Shown here: positions 39,223 through 53,466 of the stretch, in pieces
Numbering within the stretch: the stretch's first letter is position 1
How the letters are laid out: each line of letters opens with the position of its first letter
DNA from: Lama guanicoe
Taxonomy: Eukaryota
DNA length: 64,000 nt
Direction of reading: 5' to 3'
NCBI GenBank assembly: GCA_013239625.1
Contig: MU054098.1
Span: forward strand, 2,171,104 to 2,235,103
Translations under genes and position numbers: made by a program
Notes under the pieces: generated by a model
The model's database searches: none
Told to the model about the DNA's origin: nothing
The model's input: only the letters and a program-made list of their open reading frames with translations

Positions 39223-40705
39223 ACCTGACTCTTTAATATTAAAGCATCTCGAGCTAACAAAATGAGTTACAAGGAGCTGGTGGTGACTACTTCCTTAGTC
39301 TACTAGTTTCCACCGGAAGAATGTGTGTTGGTGGAATGTTAGAGATCAGCTGGTCCCTGAAGCCTTAGGACTTCCAGACCCTACCTGAGCTGAATGTGCC
39401 TGCCCTTAGTTCATCAAGGTGACCTACCAGCTGCTTATCCCATATCCACTGGATGACTTATCTGAACTTACCTGGACGGCTCTGTGTGTGAGAGGAGACA
39501 TAATAGGGTTAATCAGTTTCTAAACCTTAGATTTTTATGGAGATTCATAAAGAATTTCAGAAGAAAAAAAATCACAGCCACCTACCCACTCTCCTAATGA
39601 CAGCTTAGCTCTTCCCAGAGAAGAAATTTCCCATTTCTGGGTGTGAATGTAATTTTCTCTGCTTTAGAGGCCTACCCTGTAATCTAGGGAAGCTGGCATT
39701 TTCCATTCTGTAATAGGGTGAAGACATTGGTTTGATGATTTTCTTTTGCCAGAAGCACTTTTTCTTTCATGGCATATGGTAGCCTGGGCTACATGTGTTC
39801 TGGCTGCCCAGAGCTTCAGCATCCTCTGGGGAATCTTTACAAAGACAGTGGATCTAGAACGATAAAACCATCTCCAAGGCCCTCTCTTGCTACAACAAGA
39901 ATCTCAGTCCCCTTAGCCTTTCTCAGGGAGTATGCTGTCACCTGATTGGGGTCACTGATTTATATACTTGAATAAACATACCTCACGTTATATGTAATTT
40001 TGTACCATTCCAAGTAGCTTTGTTTCCTTTCTTATTTGGTCTATAAGGCAAGCAGGGTAAATACCATTGTCCTTCAATATATGAGAAAACTAAAGCATAG
40101 AAACACTTAGTATTATTTAAAGGGAATCCAATTTGGAATTCAAGCAAAATTAGAATTCACGTCTCCCTACTCGCAGCATTGGGGAGACTCTAATACATCA
40201 CATTGCTTGAATAAGGAACAAACAAGTTGTCCCCCCTTCCCTAGACACTGCACTATTAGTATGCTAATTTTTCTTTATCTCCTAAGAGCCTCTGAGGCTC
40301 CTAGAGTTCTGCCTGAGGATCTGTAGCCACCTAGAACCAACTGGACACTTGGAGAAGCCAAGAAGAGCTGCTCTAGGGTTCAGGGTACTGGCTGGCTGCG
40401 CAGTGTATCAGTGTCGTTCGGCCTCGTCTGGGCCGTAGTAACCGGTAATATCTAGCCTTTATCCAGTGCTTACTATGCACCAGGCAGAGTGCTATGTGCT
40501 TTGTAGGACTTACCTCATTTACTCTTCCTAACAATTCCATGAGGTAGGTAGCATTTTTAATTCTTATTTTTCATGGTCTTAACCACTTGAGTCTGCTATC
40601 ACTCCAGTATTACAAAATTAGAGACTTTCTAAAAGTCCCATGACAAAGACTACTATTGAGAAGTTGATTCATCATTTGTGTTTTCCTAACTCTTGACTGA
40701 TTTCT

Positions 40706-40870
40706 ATTTTTTAAACAGCTTTATTGAGATATAAGTCACACCTTATAATTCAGTCATTTAAAGCATACAATTCGATGTTATTTTTTTTCAGTATACTTAC
40801 AAAGTTGTACAGTCATAACCACAATGAATTTTAGAAGACTTCTATCACCTCCAAAATAACTAATCTCTCA
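40706..40870 (-). mobile_element. L1MB-like 3' terminal fragment, followed by (TTTTA)n
   Basis: ttttaaacagctttattgagatataagtcac...tttaaagcatacaattc. Confidence 0.75.
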
Positions 40871-40959
40871 ATTTTGGTGATTTTATTTTATTTTATTTTA
40901 TTTTACCAGAGAATCGGATCTGGCCTGATTCCAAATCTATCCTGGCCAAAGATCTAGAG

Positions 40960-41271
40960 CAGGGGTCACAAACTCAAAAGCTCCAGGGACCAAGCAGACA
41001 ACATCAAAAAGTGAGCCAGCATCAACACTGGAGGGAACCACGGCAAATCCGAAGGAGCCTGCCTTCTAAAAGAGAGGAGCTACAGCTGAGCCATGTTGAA
41101 ATATGGACTCAACTGCTTTTCAAAAATAAGCCAGAAATATGGTATTTTATAAACAATTCCCTGGTCATTTTTGCATGATAGCAATTGAAATTTAAAAAAC
41201 AACTACATGGGAAAAATAAAAAATATCTGTGGGCCAGATTAAAATCCTGAGTTACTGGTTTATGACCTCTA
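40960..41271. mobile_element. MER102-like hAT-Charlie element
   Basis: Termini caggggtcacaaactcaaa / ctggtttatgacctct, preceded by the target-like tctagag. Confidence 0.65.
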
Positions 41272-42388
41272 CATTCGAAAAACACGGAAACTCTCCAGTT
41301 TCAGTTTTCTTGACACTATCCTCCCCTACCACTTGACCGTCTACCAAATTGGAATCAGAGTTCTCTGGCCTTAGGGCTTTGATATGGGTATGGTTTTGCC
41401 CTGTTGTAAGGATATGGACTAGATAGTTTCTTGGAGTGCCACAAAAATAACCCTTCCTTCATACTGATCTATCTCAGATCTGTGCTTATCTCTCTGAAGA
41501 GACCTGAATCTATATTCTTTGAGATTTTCAAGAGAGATTCTAACAGATTTATCCTTTTGAGGATCCTAACCTGATGTTCAGACTCAAGCTGTCCCTAGGA
41601 GTCATTCTGAAGCAAAGTTATTATAGCTATTTTAGCCTCTGATTGTGTCCCTAACATCAGGACAATCTGATTTGTTACAGAGCATCTGGCACTGGCATGT
41701 GTCCTCCTCCTTTGGGTCACACTGTCAATTAGGTGCTATTGCCTGCCTTTCGCCATCAGGGTTAATTCTAGGGGATGCCCTTATATAAATACCTACCTTA
41801 AAGGTTGTGTTAAGGATTAGAAATAATGTGCACCAAGCACCTAAGATAGTTTGTGGCCCTTGGCGGGTACTCATTAAACACGCACACACATACACACACA
41901 GTACTGACTATGATTCTGCTGAGGCTTATGAGAAAACAGGGATTTCTGGTGAGAGGGGAAAATAGCAGCTCTTAGCCAGCATGCCCTGTCAACAATAGAA
42001 ATGCAAAATTTCTAAGAGGCTGGTGCCCATCTGCAGAAATAAGCAAACAGGCATGACCCTTCATCAACATGGGCCTCAACTGGCCCCTATATCCCTTTTT
42101 CCTAGTGCACAAGAGAGCACATGGCTCCAATTAGAATACCAGTTAGTGTTACGGATGGTTGGGTTGCTAAGCTCACTGGGTGGAAAGAACATTATTAGCC
42201 TGGCACTGAACTCAGTCCAGCCACTGCCCATCCTCCTGGCTAGTCATATACAAGCGCTGTTCCTGCAGGTACCTACCTCACAGGCATAAGTGCTGTAGTA
42301 ATAAAAATTGTAATTTAAAAAACACCATGGTACCTCTTTACCCACTATGTTCATTGCTGAATTGATTGAAGTAAGAGATGTAGGAAAA

Positions 42389-42834
42389 TGTCGTGGGTTA
42401 AATGTTGAAGTCCTAAGCCTTGGTACCTGTGAACACAATCTTATTTGGAAATAAGGTCTTTGTAAATGTAACGAAGTTAAAATGAGGTCCACTGGAATAG
42501 GGTGAGACTTTAATATAACTGGTGTCCTTGTAAGAAAAAGAGAAAAGACACAGAGAGAGACATGCACAGATGGAAGACAGCCATGTGAAGACAAAGACAC
42601 AGAGAGGGAAGACTGCCATGTGACTACGGAGGCAGGCATTGGAGTTGTTTAGCTGCAAACCAAGGGACACCAAGGACCGCTGGTAACAGCCAGAAGCTAG
42701 GAGAGGGAGCCTGGCCCTGCCAACACCTTGACTTTGGACTTCAAGCCTCCAGGACTGTAAGTAAGTAAATTTCTATTGTTTTAAGGCATAAAGCTGGTGG
42801 TACCTTGTTACCACAGCCCTAGGAATCTAATACA
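42389..42834 (+). mobile_element. MaLR solo LTR (MLT1B/C-like)
   Basis: TG...CA ends; cttatttggaaataaggtctttg; gccctgccaacaccttgactttggacttc; ctaggaatctaataca. Confidence 0.9.
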
Positions 42835-42844
42835 GGACGAACAG

Positions 42845-43050
42845 TAGGAGTGTGTCTTTTGGAGTCAGGCAAGTCTGTGTTCAAATTCTGGCTCTGCCAT
42901 TTTCTACCTGTAGATTTGGGCAGATTATTTAACATCTCTGGACCTGTTTAGTCATCAATAAAAAAAGGATAGCACTACCTCAAAGGGGTATTATGACCAT
43001 TAAATGAAATATTTTAAGTTGAAAGTGTCTAACACTTAGGAGTGGTGACT
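42845..43050 (+). mobile_element. MIR SINE
   Basis: tttggagtcaggcaagtctgtgttcaaattctggctctgccat. Confidence 0.8.
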
Positions 43051-43069
43051 GTTTTCCATAATTATACAT

Positions 43070-44560
43070 ATATATTTCTGGAAAGCAACTTGGTATAAAA
43101 ATACATAAAGGCTTCACATGTGCATTTTCCATGATCCACTAATTTCTAACGCATATACACAATAGTCATTTCTAAGGTATACACCTACTCCTAAGTATAT
43201 ACCCAACAGAAATGCATATACTTGAGTGTTCATAGCAGCAACAGTCATGATAGTAAAATAATACATAAAGTCATATGCCCATTAGCAGGAAAGTGAATAA
43301 ATTAAATTGTGGTATATTCACACAATGAAATACTATTCAACAATTAAAATCAATACTCTGTAACTATAGATACTACAAACGTGTTGAATAAAAGAAGCCA
43401 AAAAAACTGCATACTCTATGATTCTAAACATATATAAAGGTTTTAAATCTGGCAAAACTAATATAGACTGTTAGAAGTCCTGATAGTGCTTACCCTTGGG
43501 AGGAAGTAGTGACTGAATGAGGCATGAGGGAGGCTTCTGAGGTGCTGGTAACACCCTGTTTCTAGATATGGTGGTGTGTTCACTATATGGGTGTGTTTAC
43601 TTTGTGAAAATATGTCAAGCTGCACACTTACGTGCATTTTTCTGTACATACATTATACTCCAATAAAAATGTTTAAAAATTCATACAATTTGACCTAGTA
43701 ATTACACATTTTAAAAAATAACATGAGAAAATCAAATATATGTCTGAGAATAGTCAGCATAGTAATACATGTAATAGATAGTACAGAGAAAATTATGCTA
43801 ATATTGAACAGAAAAGTCATGGTTTAATCACTTATGATTTACCTAAATAAGAGAATATAGGTGACAAAGAGTTTTTTATCCAGTTCTTCAATAGGTAATT
43901 TTTATTTTTTTAACAATTCTTATATGGGTTCAACCTCTTACTTTGTGCCTCTGTGTTTGTTTTCATTTATAAAGAGAGAAAATAACTTGCCTAAGAAGTG
44001 TGTCTCCCCAAGTCAACTTGTGTTCAAATCAAAACCAGAGGAAAAGTTCAAGTTGAATGAGTTAGGATTGGGCTACACACTACTTGGACTTGAAGAAAAA
44101 TAGACATCCAGTTATCTGGGAGACAGCAAGGATTTTAATTTACATACATTATTCAATAAATATTTATTTTACTTCTTACACCAGAAAAAAGTCCAGATAG
44201 ACCAAATAAGATAACTATAAAGGCAATAAAAGAGAACATGGGAGAATTAAAAAAAATAGTTTTGGAATGTGCAAGGCCCCCTCTGAGCAAGATTCAAACT
44301 CCTGCAGACTTTAAGGCAAAAGACTGATAAATCTGACTATAAATCATTGAAAATGTCTTTGTTGAAAAAGTAATACTATGAGAAAATTCCATAGACAAGT
44401 TAAAATGTGAGAAAAATGTTTTCAAAATATGGTGAAGGACAAATTATCTTAATAGATAAAGAGCTTTTGCAAATCCAAAGAAAAATACCACAACCCAATA
44501 AAAACTGGGGAAAGGAAATGAATGAGAAATTCACAGAAAAATACAAATGGCACATGAATA
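43070..44560 (+). mobile_element. Old L1M fragments (3' UTR ~43070-43680; ORF2 ~44165-44560)
   Basis: tgtggtatattcacacaatgaaatactattc; ctgaggtgctggtaac; gagcttttgcaaatc...acaacccaat. Confidence 0.75.
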
Positions 44561-44564
44561 AAAC

Positions 44565-45640
44565 CAAGCTTATATAGTGCTTATCATAGCCCAAGTCCTA
44601 TTCTAAGTGATTTACACACTTGAGACTCAACAGCAATCCTATAAAGTAGGTACTAACAGAATTGTCATGTGTAAGGAAACTGAGACACAGAGGTTAAGTG
44701 ATCTGTCTAAGGCCATACAGTTGATAAATAATAGTGTTGGAGTTTGAACTTATATTTCAATATATACACCCTTGTATTGTTGGGTTTTTTTTACCATGTA
44801 CATGCATATATGATTTTTCAATTAAAAGTAATGCCAACAACAAAAATTACATGGAATATTGAGTTATTCAACATGAGCTAAATTAATGTGTCCAGATTCA
44901 GATTTAACTAACATTTATTAGGACATAACCTGAACAAAGTTTTATTCTAAGCACTATCATTATCATCTCTTCTATGAACTGACTGGGTAAACTTGGAAGG
45001 CAGAGACTGAATAAAGTATATTTTTCTGTCTTTTGTCAACAGCCATAGGAGAAAGCCCACACTTAACTTTCTTATTTGCTATTAGATTGCAGAAGAGTAG
45101 GTGATACAGTTCTTTGTTGTTGATACAACCCCCTATTTCTTTTTCTCAAAAATTGTAACATCTACCATTTACTAAGTTTCTACTATGTGTCAAATGCTGC
45201 AATTTATGATTGCTGTTTAATACTAACATCCCTATGAAGTGGACACTATTTTAACCTTTACTTGTAGAAGAGAGATCTAAGCCTCAGAGAAATAAAGTAA
45301 TTTACTCAAAGTCACAGCCCAGGTCTGTTTGTTTATAAACCCCTGATCATAACTACCATATGATTTTACTTTCTTAATTTTAGGGAAAAGAAATAACAGT
45401 TACCATTTAATGGGAGATAACCATCTTTTTTGAATAGTACTAAACACTTTACATGAATGGTTGCATTTAATGCTTAGAACAACCCCATGAGGTAGCATAA
45501 CAATTATTGTTATTCCCTTTGAGAGGTGAAGGAACTGAAGCATAGAGGGTAAGTGACATGCTTATAATTATTCAGCTAATAAGTAAAATAGCCAGGGTTT
45601 GAACAGGGTTATCTGTATGGCTTAACAGCTTGTGTTTTTT
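44565..45640 (-). mobile_element. Several MIR copies (~44565-44750, ~45160-45370, ~45400-45640)
   Basis: aggaaactgagacacagaggttaagtga and similar cores. Confidence 0.75.
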
Positions 45641-45660
45641 ATTCTAAATCATACAGCCTG

Positions 45661-48600
45661 GTAGAGTGACTGAGTGAATAAAATACAAAAACAAAAAACC
45701 AGACCAAACTGTATGCTGCCTACAAGAGACTCCAGCTTCAAGGACACAAACAGACTCAAAGTGAAGAGATGGAAAAAGATATTCCACACAAATGGAAATC
45801 AAGAGAGCAAGGGTAGCTGTATTTATATCAGACAAAATAGAATTTAAGTAAAAAACTGTAACAAGAGACAAAGAAGGTCATTATATAATGATAAAGGGGT
45901 AAATCCATCAAGAATACATAATAATTATAAATATATATGCACCCAACATTAGAGAGCCTAAATATATTAGGCAAATAATAAATAGATCTGTAGTAAGTAA
46001 TAGACAATATAATAATAGAGTATTTCAACATCCCTCTTTCAACAATGGATAGATTGTTTAGAAAGAAAACCAGTAAGAAAACATTGGACTTGAACTATAT
46101 TTAGACCAAACAGATCTAACAGAGATATAGAGAACATTCCATCTAAGACTAGCAGAATACACATTCTTCTCAAGCACATGGGGAACATTCTCCAGGATAG
46201 ATCATACGTTAAGTTACAAAACAAATCTCAGTAAACTTCAGAAGACTGAAACTATACCAAGTATCTTTTCCAACCACAATGTTATAAAACTATGAAGAAA
46301 ACTGGAAAATCCACCATTATGTGGAAATTAAACAACACATTTCTGAATGACCAATGGATCATAACAGAAATCAAAAAATACATTTTTAAAAATACATTGC
46401 AACAATATATTTGCATAATAATATAAACAAAAATGAAAGTATAACAAACAAAAACTTATAGGTTGCAGGAAAAGCAGTGCTAAGAGGGAAGTTTATAGTG
46501 ATAAATAACTACATTAAAAAAAAATCTCAAACAACTAACTTTAAGCTTCAAGAAACTAACAAAACAAGAAAACATCTCAGCCCAAGTTAGAAGAAGGAAG
46601 GAAGTAACAAATATCAGGCAGAAATAAATAAAATAGACAATAGAAAAGTAATAGGAAAGATTAATGAAACCAAGAGTTGTTTTTTTGACAAGATAAAATT
46701 GACAAACCTTTAGCTAGACTTATCAATAAAAAAGAGGACTCAAATAAATAAAATTATACATGAAAAAAGAGACATTACAACTGATACCATAAAAGTGCAA
46801 AGGATCATAAGAGACTACTATAAGCAATTATATGTCAACAAATCAAAGAGTCTACAAGAAATGAATACGTTCCTATAAACATACAGCCTACCAAGTGTGA
46901 GTCATGAAGAAATAGGAAATCTGAACAGACCAATAACAAAGAGATTAAATCAGTAATTTAAAACCTCCCAACAAAAATGAGGATCAAACGGCTTCACAAG
47001 TAAATTCTATCAAACATTTAAAGAATGTAAAATCTTCTGAAACTCTTCCAAAACACTGAGGCCGAGGGAAGGCTCCCAAACTCATTTTATAAGGCCAGCA
47101 TTACCCTGATATTAAAGATAAGGGTAGTACAAGAAAAAACTACAGGCCAATATCCCTGATAAATATAGATGTGAAAATTTCCAACAAAATGCCAGCAAAT
47201 CAAATTTGACAGCACATTAAAAGGGTCATACACCATGACCAAGTGGAATTTATCCCTGGGATGCAAGGATGGCTTAACATACGTAAATCAGTTAATGTGC
47301 TACACCACATTAGTGGGATGAAAGACAAAAATCATATGATCATCTCAATAGATGCAGGACAGGCATTTGACAAAATTCAACATCCTTTCATGATAAAAAC
47401 TCAACAGATTTGATACAGAAGGAACACACCTCAACACGACAAAGGTGATATATGACAAACCTGTAACTAACATCACACTCAACAGTAAAAGGTTGAAAAC
47501 TTTCCCTCTAAAATAAGTGAAAGAGATAAGGATGCTGCTTTCATCAAACCTATTCAACATAGTACTTGAAAGCCCTAGCCAGAACAAGTAGGAAAGAAAA
47601 AGAAAGAAAAGGCATTCAAATCAGAAAAGAGGAAGTAAAATTGTTCATTTTTGCTGATGACATGATCTTGTATAGAAAATATCCTAAAGACTCCACCAAA
47701 AAACTGTTAAACCTAATAAACAAATTCAGTAAGGTTTCAGGATACAAAATCAACATACAAAATCAATTGTAATAACCTTTAGTGAAAAAGAATATGAAAA
47801 TGAATATATATGTATATGCATGACCAAGACACTATGCTGTACACCAGAAATTGACATATTGACTGTACTTCAATAAAAAATATCTAAACACTAATAATGA
47901 ACTATTTGAAAAAGAAATAAAGAAAGTAATCCCATTTTACAATAGCAACAAAAACAATAAAATACTTAGAAAAATTTAAACAAGGAAGTGAAAGATCTAT
48001 ACACCAAAAGTATAAGATATTCATTGAAAGAAAGGAGACACAAATGAATGGAAAAATATTTCATATTCATTAATCAGAAGAGTTAATATTGTTAAAATGT
48101 TCTTCCTACCCAAAGCCATCTAAGTTTCAACATAATCCCTATCAAAACTCCAATGGCACTTTTCACAGTAGAAAAAAAAATCCTAAAATTTGTATGAAAC
48201 CCCAATGATCTTGAATAGCTAAAGCAATCCTTAGAAAGAAGAACAAAGCTAAAGCCATCATACTTCCTGATTTCAAATTGTATTACAAAGCTATACTAAC
48301 CAAAACAGTGTAGTGATGGCATAAAATCAGACACACAGACTGATGGAACAGAAATGAAATACAGAAATAAACACATGCAGATATGGTCAATAAATATTTG
48401 ATGAGGGAGCCAAGAATATTCCGTGGGGAAAGGATAGTCTCTTCAATAAATACTGTTGAGAAAACTACATCCACATACAAAAGAATGAAATTGTGGACCC
48501 CTATTTTACACCATTCACAAAAACTTACTCAAAATGGATTAAGGACTTAAACATAAGACCTGACACCATAAAATTTTGAGAAGAAAACTTAGGGGAAAAA

Positions 48601-49830
48601 CTCCTTTTTATTGGTCTTGGCAATGAATTTTTGGATATGACACCAAAGACACAAGCAACGAAAGCAAAAATCAACAAGTGGGACTACATCAAACCAAAAA
48701 GTTTCTGCACAGCAAAAGAAACAACACAAGGAAAAGGCAACCTAAGGAATGGAAGAAAATATTTTCAATTCACATAAATGGTAAGTGATTAATATCCAAA
48801 ATACAAGGAACTTATACAACTCAATAGCAAAACAACAAATAATCCAATTTAAAAACAGGCAAAGGATCTGAATAGATATTTTTCCAAAGAAGATTTTCAA
48901 GTGGCCAACAGGTACATGAAAAGGTGCTCCATATCACTAATCATCAGGGAAATGGAAATCAAAACCACAATGAGATATTACCTCACACCTGTTAGAATGG
49001 CTATTATTAAAAGGCAAGAGATAACAAATGCTGGCAAAGATGTAGAGAAAAGAGGACCCCGGTGCACTGTTGGTGGGAATGTAAATTGATACAGCCACTT
49101 TGGAAAACAGTATGAAAGTTCCTCAAAAAATTAAAACTACAACTATCATATGATCCAGAAATTACACTCTGGTTATATACCCAAAGAAGATAAAATCACT
49201 CTCAAAGAGATACTTGTGCTCCCATGTTCATTGCAGCATTATTCAGAATAGCTAAGATATGAAAGCAATCTAAGTGTTCAGTGATGAGAAATGGATAAAC
49301 AAATGTTGTAGATATATATTCAATGAAATACTATTCAGCCATAAAATAGAAGGAAATCTCTGCCATTTACAATATGAATCAACCTTGAGGGCAGTATGCG
49401 AAGTGAAATAAGTCAGACAGAGAAAGGCAAACACTGTACGATCTCAATTATACATGAAATTTAAAAACATGAAATTAATAGAAACAGAGACTAGACTGGC
49501 AGTTGTCAGGGGCTAAGAGAGGGGGGAAATGGGAATATGTTGGTCAAAATGTACACACTTTCAGTTATAAGATGAATAGGAATCTAATGTAAAGCATGAT
49601 GACTATAGTTAACAGTACTGTATTGTATATTAAAAGTTGCTATGAGAGTAGAGCTTTAATGTACTCACCATTACAACAATAATAAAATGACAATTATAGA
49701 AGTAAATGATGTGTTAACTAACTTTATTTTGGTAAGCATTTCATTGATAATTGATGTATCTAATCATCACACTGAACGCCTTAAACTTACACAATGTTAC
49801 ATGTCAATTATATCTCAATAAAGCTGGAAA
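45661..49830 (+). mobile_element. L1MA9-like L1, 5'-truncated near the ORF2 start; nearly full decayed ORF2 plus 3' UTR
   Basis: Endonuclease (CCLQET, NIYAPN), RT (FADD) and C-terminal motifs; TSD aaatcatacagcctg (45646-45660) / aaatcatatagcttg (49831-49845). Confidence 0.93.
47770..47880 (+). mobile_element. Tiny L1 3'-end insertion inside the older L1 ORF2
   Basis: gtaataacctttagtgaaaaagaatatg...gactgtacttcaataaaaaa interrupts the host motif aaatcaattg|tatctaaacactaa. Confidence 0.85.
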
Positions 49831-51039
49831 AAATCATATAGCTTGTATAGTTCAAGAGGAGGCCCTTTCAAACAAAGTATTTTTCAATATCAAGCTCTTT
49901 CCCAGCCCTGTGCTTGGACCTATAGGGAACAGAGGAGAAGGATAAAATATGAATCCAGTAAGTTGGCAGGATGAACTCTCCAAAACAAGGCAACACCAGT
50001 GTGAACTACATGCAGGGAAAACAGGTAAGTGAGGCCTGGAGTGATCACCAGTAGCTTTATAGAGGAGGTTACTTTCAAGCAGGAATAGGACTTGGTAGGT
50101 AGAAGACAGGGAAAAGAAAGCATTATGAATGGCATGAACAGAAGCTGAAAGGCAAGAATGGAAAACTGTTTTGGGCTCACATCCTCCCTAAACTAGGGGA
50201 AATTATTTTCACCAATGAACAAAAGAGATTCTAGAGAGGCAAGCAAGCTCATGCCAACACTCTGTCCTTAGCTAAAAACTGATGCAATCTATTCTTATCC
50301 TAGAGAGGTGGAATAGGGAAGAATTATGCAAAGGAAATTCTTTGAAGAGAGTGAGAATTCTAGATCACATTCTAGTCCTATCTAAGATTTTGTCTTGTGG
50401 TGGATTTCTGCTGCATCTGGTAAAGCTGCCTTTGATCTACTTACTGTAACCCAATACAAAGTCTCTGTATATGAAATTCTGGATTATCAACCTCTACAAA
50501 CAAATGCAAATATATGACCCCCCACCTTTACTGTTATTAACATTAATACTTGAGTGGACTAGAAGGTTGCTTTTCAGGTGAAGTGATATAATATACATAA
50601 AAGTGGTTCACAAACCATAATGCCAGGTACAAAATATATTGGTAAAATAAATGACAAAGCCCATAGAATTTTTGCATGTAAGTCTCCATGTTCTCTTAGA
50701 AAGAAAAATCATGTTGGATATTTCTTGAAAATATAACAAAAATAAAAGTGATATTAAATAAAATGTAGGTGTGCTAACACAAGGACAAAGAGTAATAGCT
50801 CACACATGCATGGTGCTTTTACTTTTTTCAAAGCATCTTCTCATCCATTATCTCACTTGATCCACAAAACAACCTTATGAGCTAAGTAGGTATTAACCTT
50901 TGGAAGTATCACTTTCTTCTTAAAAATGAGGATTAGCAACGTGCCTGCGGGAAGACATTGTATTGGTAGCAGCCATAGATCTAAAACTCAGGAATCTAGA
51001 CTCCTAAATCCAGTATACTGAATTAGAATCTCTAGGAAT

Positions 51040-51506
51040 TTTATACAAATTTTCTATTACTACTGTAATTATCACAAACTCAGTGACTTAACACAGATTT
51101 ATTATCTTACAGTTCTGGAGGTCAGAAGTATGAAATGGGTCTCAGTAGGCTAACATCAATGTGTCAGCAGGGCTGTGTTCCTTCTGGAGGTTCGAGAGGA
51201 TAATCTGTTTCCCTGCCTTTTCCAGCATGGAAAGGCTGCCTGCATTCCTTGGCTCATGGCTCCTTTCTCCATCATCAAAGCCAGAAACTTCATCACTTGG
51301 ATGTCTTACTCTGATTGTCTTCCCTCCTTCTTTCACTTAAAAGGACATTTGTGATTACAATGTGCCCACCTGGATAATCCCCATCTCAAATCTTTAACTT
51401 AATTATGTCTTCAAAGCCCTTTTGCCACATAAGGTAACATATTCACAGGTTCTGGGGATTAGGATGTGGACATCTTTGTGGGGGTGTGCATTATCCTACT
51501 ATTACA
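51040..51506 (-). mobile_element. MaLR solo LTR (MLT1C/D-like) inserted into a MER5 element
   Basis: ttattatcttacagttctggaggtcagaag; aaggtaacatattcacaggttctggggattaggatgtggacatc; MER5 halves on both sides. Confidence 0.88.
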
Positions 51507-51714
51507 GACAGGTCCCAAGAATCTGTATTTTAACATTCTCCAGGTGATTCTGTCGTAGGAACACAATAGCAGACCAGTGGTCTCTGAACTTCATGAATTA
51601 TGTTCCCCAAAAAAATCAACAATATAAATTCTAAAACTTTTTTTTACATATCCCAACTCATTGTCCTATATACTCCTTGAGTTGACCCCTAATTTGGAGA
51701 ATAGTATTGTAGAC

Positions 51715-51926
51715 CAGGGCCAGCAAACTTTTTCTGTGAAGAGCTGTATAGAAAATATATTAGACTTTATGGTTTATGTAGTCTCTATTGCAAATATTTA
51801 GGTCTGCCATTGTAGCATAAAAGCAGCCATAAACGATACGTAAGCAAATGGGCATGGCTACCATAATAAAACTTTATTTCCAAAAACAAGCAGTAGGCTG
51901 GTTTTGGCCTGCAGACCATAGTTTTT
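51715..51926. mobile_element. MER58A-like MITE
   Basis: cagggccagcaaactttttctgt...aataaaactttattt...ttggcctgcagaccatagttt. Confidence 0.8.
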
Positions 51927-52299
51927 CGTATGTTATTAGCTATGCTATTCTTTTTTGTCCATAGTTTTTTGCCCAGAGAATTCATCTCTACTGTGACACT
52001 TTTCTATGATGGGGGACAGGGTGGGGGCATATTTTCCCAAGGCCATATCCACAAACATGACTATGAGTCTTAGGAAGTGGCAGTTGAAACTGGGAATTTT
52101 AGTCCAACCACTGTTATTAATCCACTGCCCATTCACCTTGTTTCCCCTTCCTGACATACATCTTCCAGCTACAAACTCTCCCAGGTGTTTCAATGCAAAG
52201 CCAGGCAGACCTAAAAGCTAGTGTTGCACTAGGAGTTATTGCTTGAATTTGCGCTGAAGAGAAATAGCCATTATTTTTTCCTACTAAGAATTAGTGAGA

Positions 52300-53425
52300 T
52301 GGCAACCACCATCCCACTCTTTGGTTTTATGGATTTGATTATCTTAGATATCTAATTTAAATAGAATAATGCAGTATTTGTCTTCCTGACTGGCTTATTT
52401 CACTTAACATGAGTCCTCAAGGTTTATCCAGGTTGTTGCATATAGCAGAATTTCCTTCCTTTTTAAAAAATACTGAAGAGTATTCCATTTTATGTATCTG
52501 CCACATTTTCCTTATCCATTGCTCTGCCAACGGACATTTAGGTTGTTTCCACATTTTGGTTAAGGCTGAGATGACATGGGAGTGCAGATACCTCTTTGAG
52601 ATCCTGATCTCAATATTTTTGGATAAATACCCAGAAGTGGGATTGCTAGATCATATGGCAGATCTACTTTTTGTTTTCTGAGTAACTTCCACACTATTTT
52701 CTACAGTGGCTGCACTATTTTTGCATTACCACTAACAGTGTGCAAAAATTCCAATTTCTTCACATTCTTCCCAACAATTGTTGTCTTTTGGGTTTTTTTT
52801 TTTTGGTAATGGCCATCCTGATAGGTATGAGATAATATCTCATTGTGATTTAGATTTATATTTCCCTGATGATTAGTGATACAGCATTTTTTTTTTCATT
52901 TGCCTTTTTGCCACTTGTATGTCTTCTTTGAGAAATGTCTATCCATGTCCTTTCTCCATTTTAAAATCAGGTTATTAGTTTTCTGCTCTTGGGTTGTATG
53001 AGTTCCTTATATATTTTGGATATTAACCCTTATTTAGATATATGGTTTACAAACATTTTCTTCCACTGTGTACATTGCCTTTTCACTCTGTTGATTGTTT
53101 CCTTTGATGTACTGATTATTTTCCTTTCTTTTTATTTGATTTGCTTTCCCTTGAAGATTTTTAGCTTGATGTAGTCATATGTTTTTATTTTTGTTTTTGT
53201 TGCCTGTGCTTTTGGTGTTATATCCATGAAATCATTATCAAGACTAACGTCATGAACTTTTCCTGCTATGTTTTCTTCTAGGAGTTTTACAGTTCTAGGT
53301 CTCACATTTAAGTCTTTCATCCATTTTGAGTTGGTTTTTGTGGTGTAAGACAGTGGTCCACTTTCGTTCTTTTGCATGTGAATATCCAGTTTTCCTAACA
53401 CCATTTATTCACAAGAAACTATCCT
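52300..53425 (-). mobile_element. L1 fragment (ORF2 C-terminus plus 3' UTR)
   Basis: Minus-strand ORF ...NSKWMKDLNVRPRTVKLLEENI...; tggcttatttcacttaacat. Confidence 0.9.
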
Positions 53426-53466
53426 TGTGAATGAGAAATATATCGAAAATATATTCAACTTAGAAT

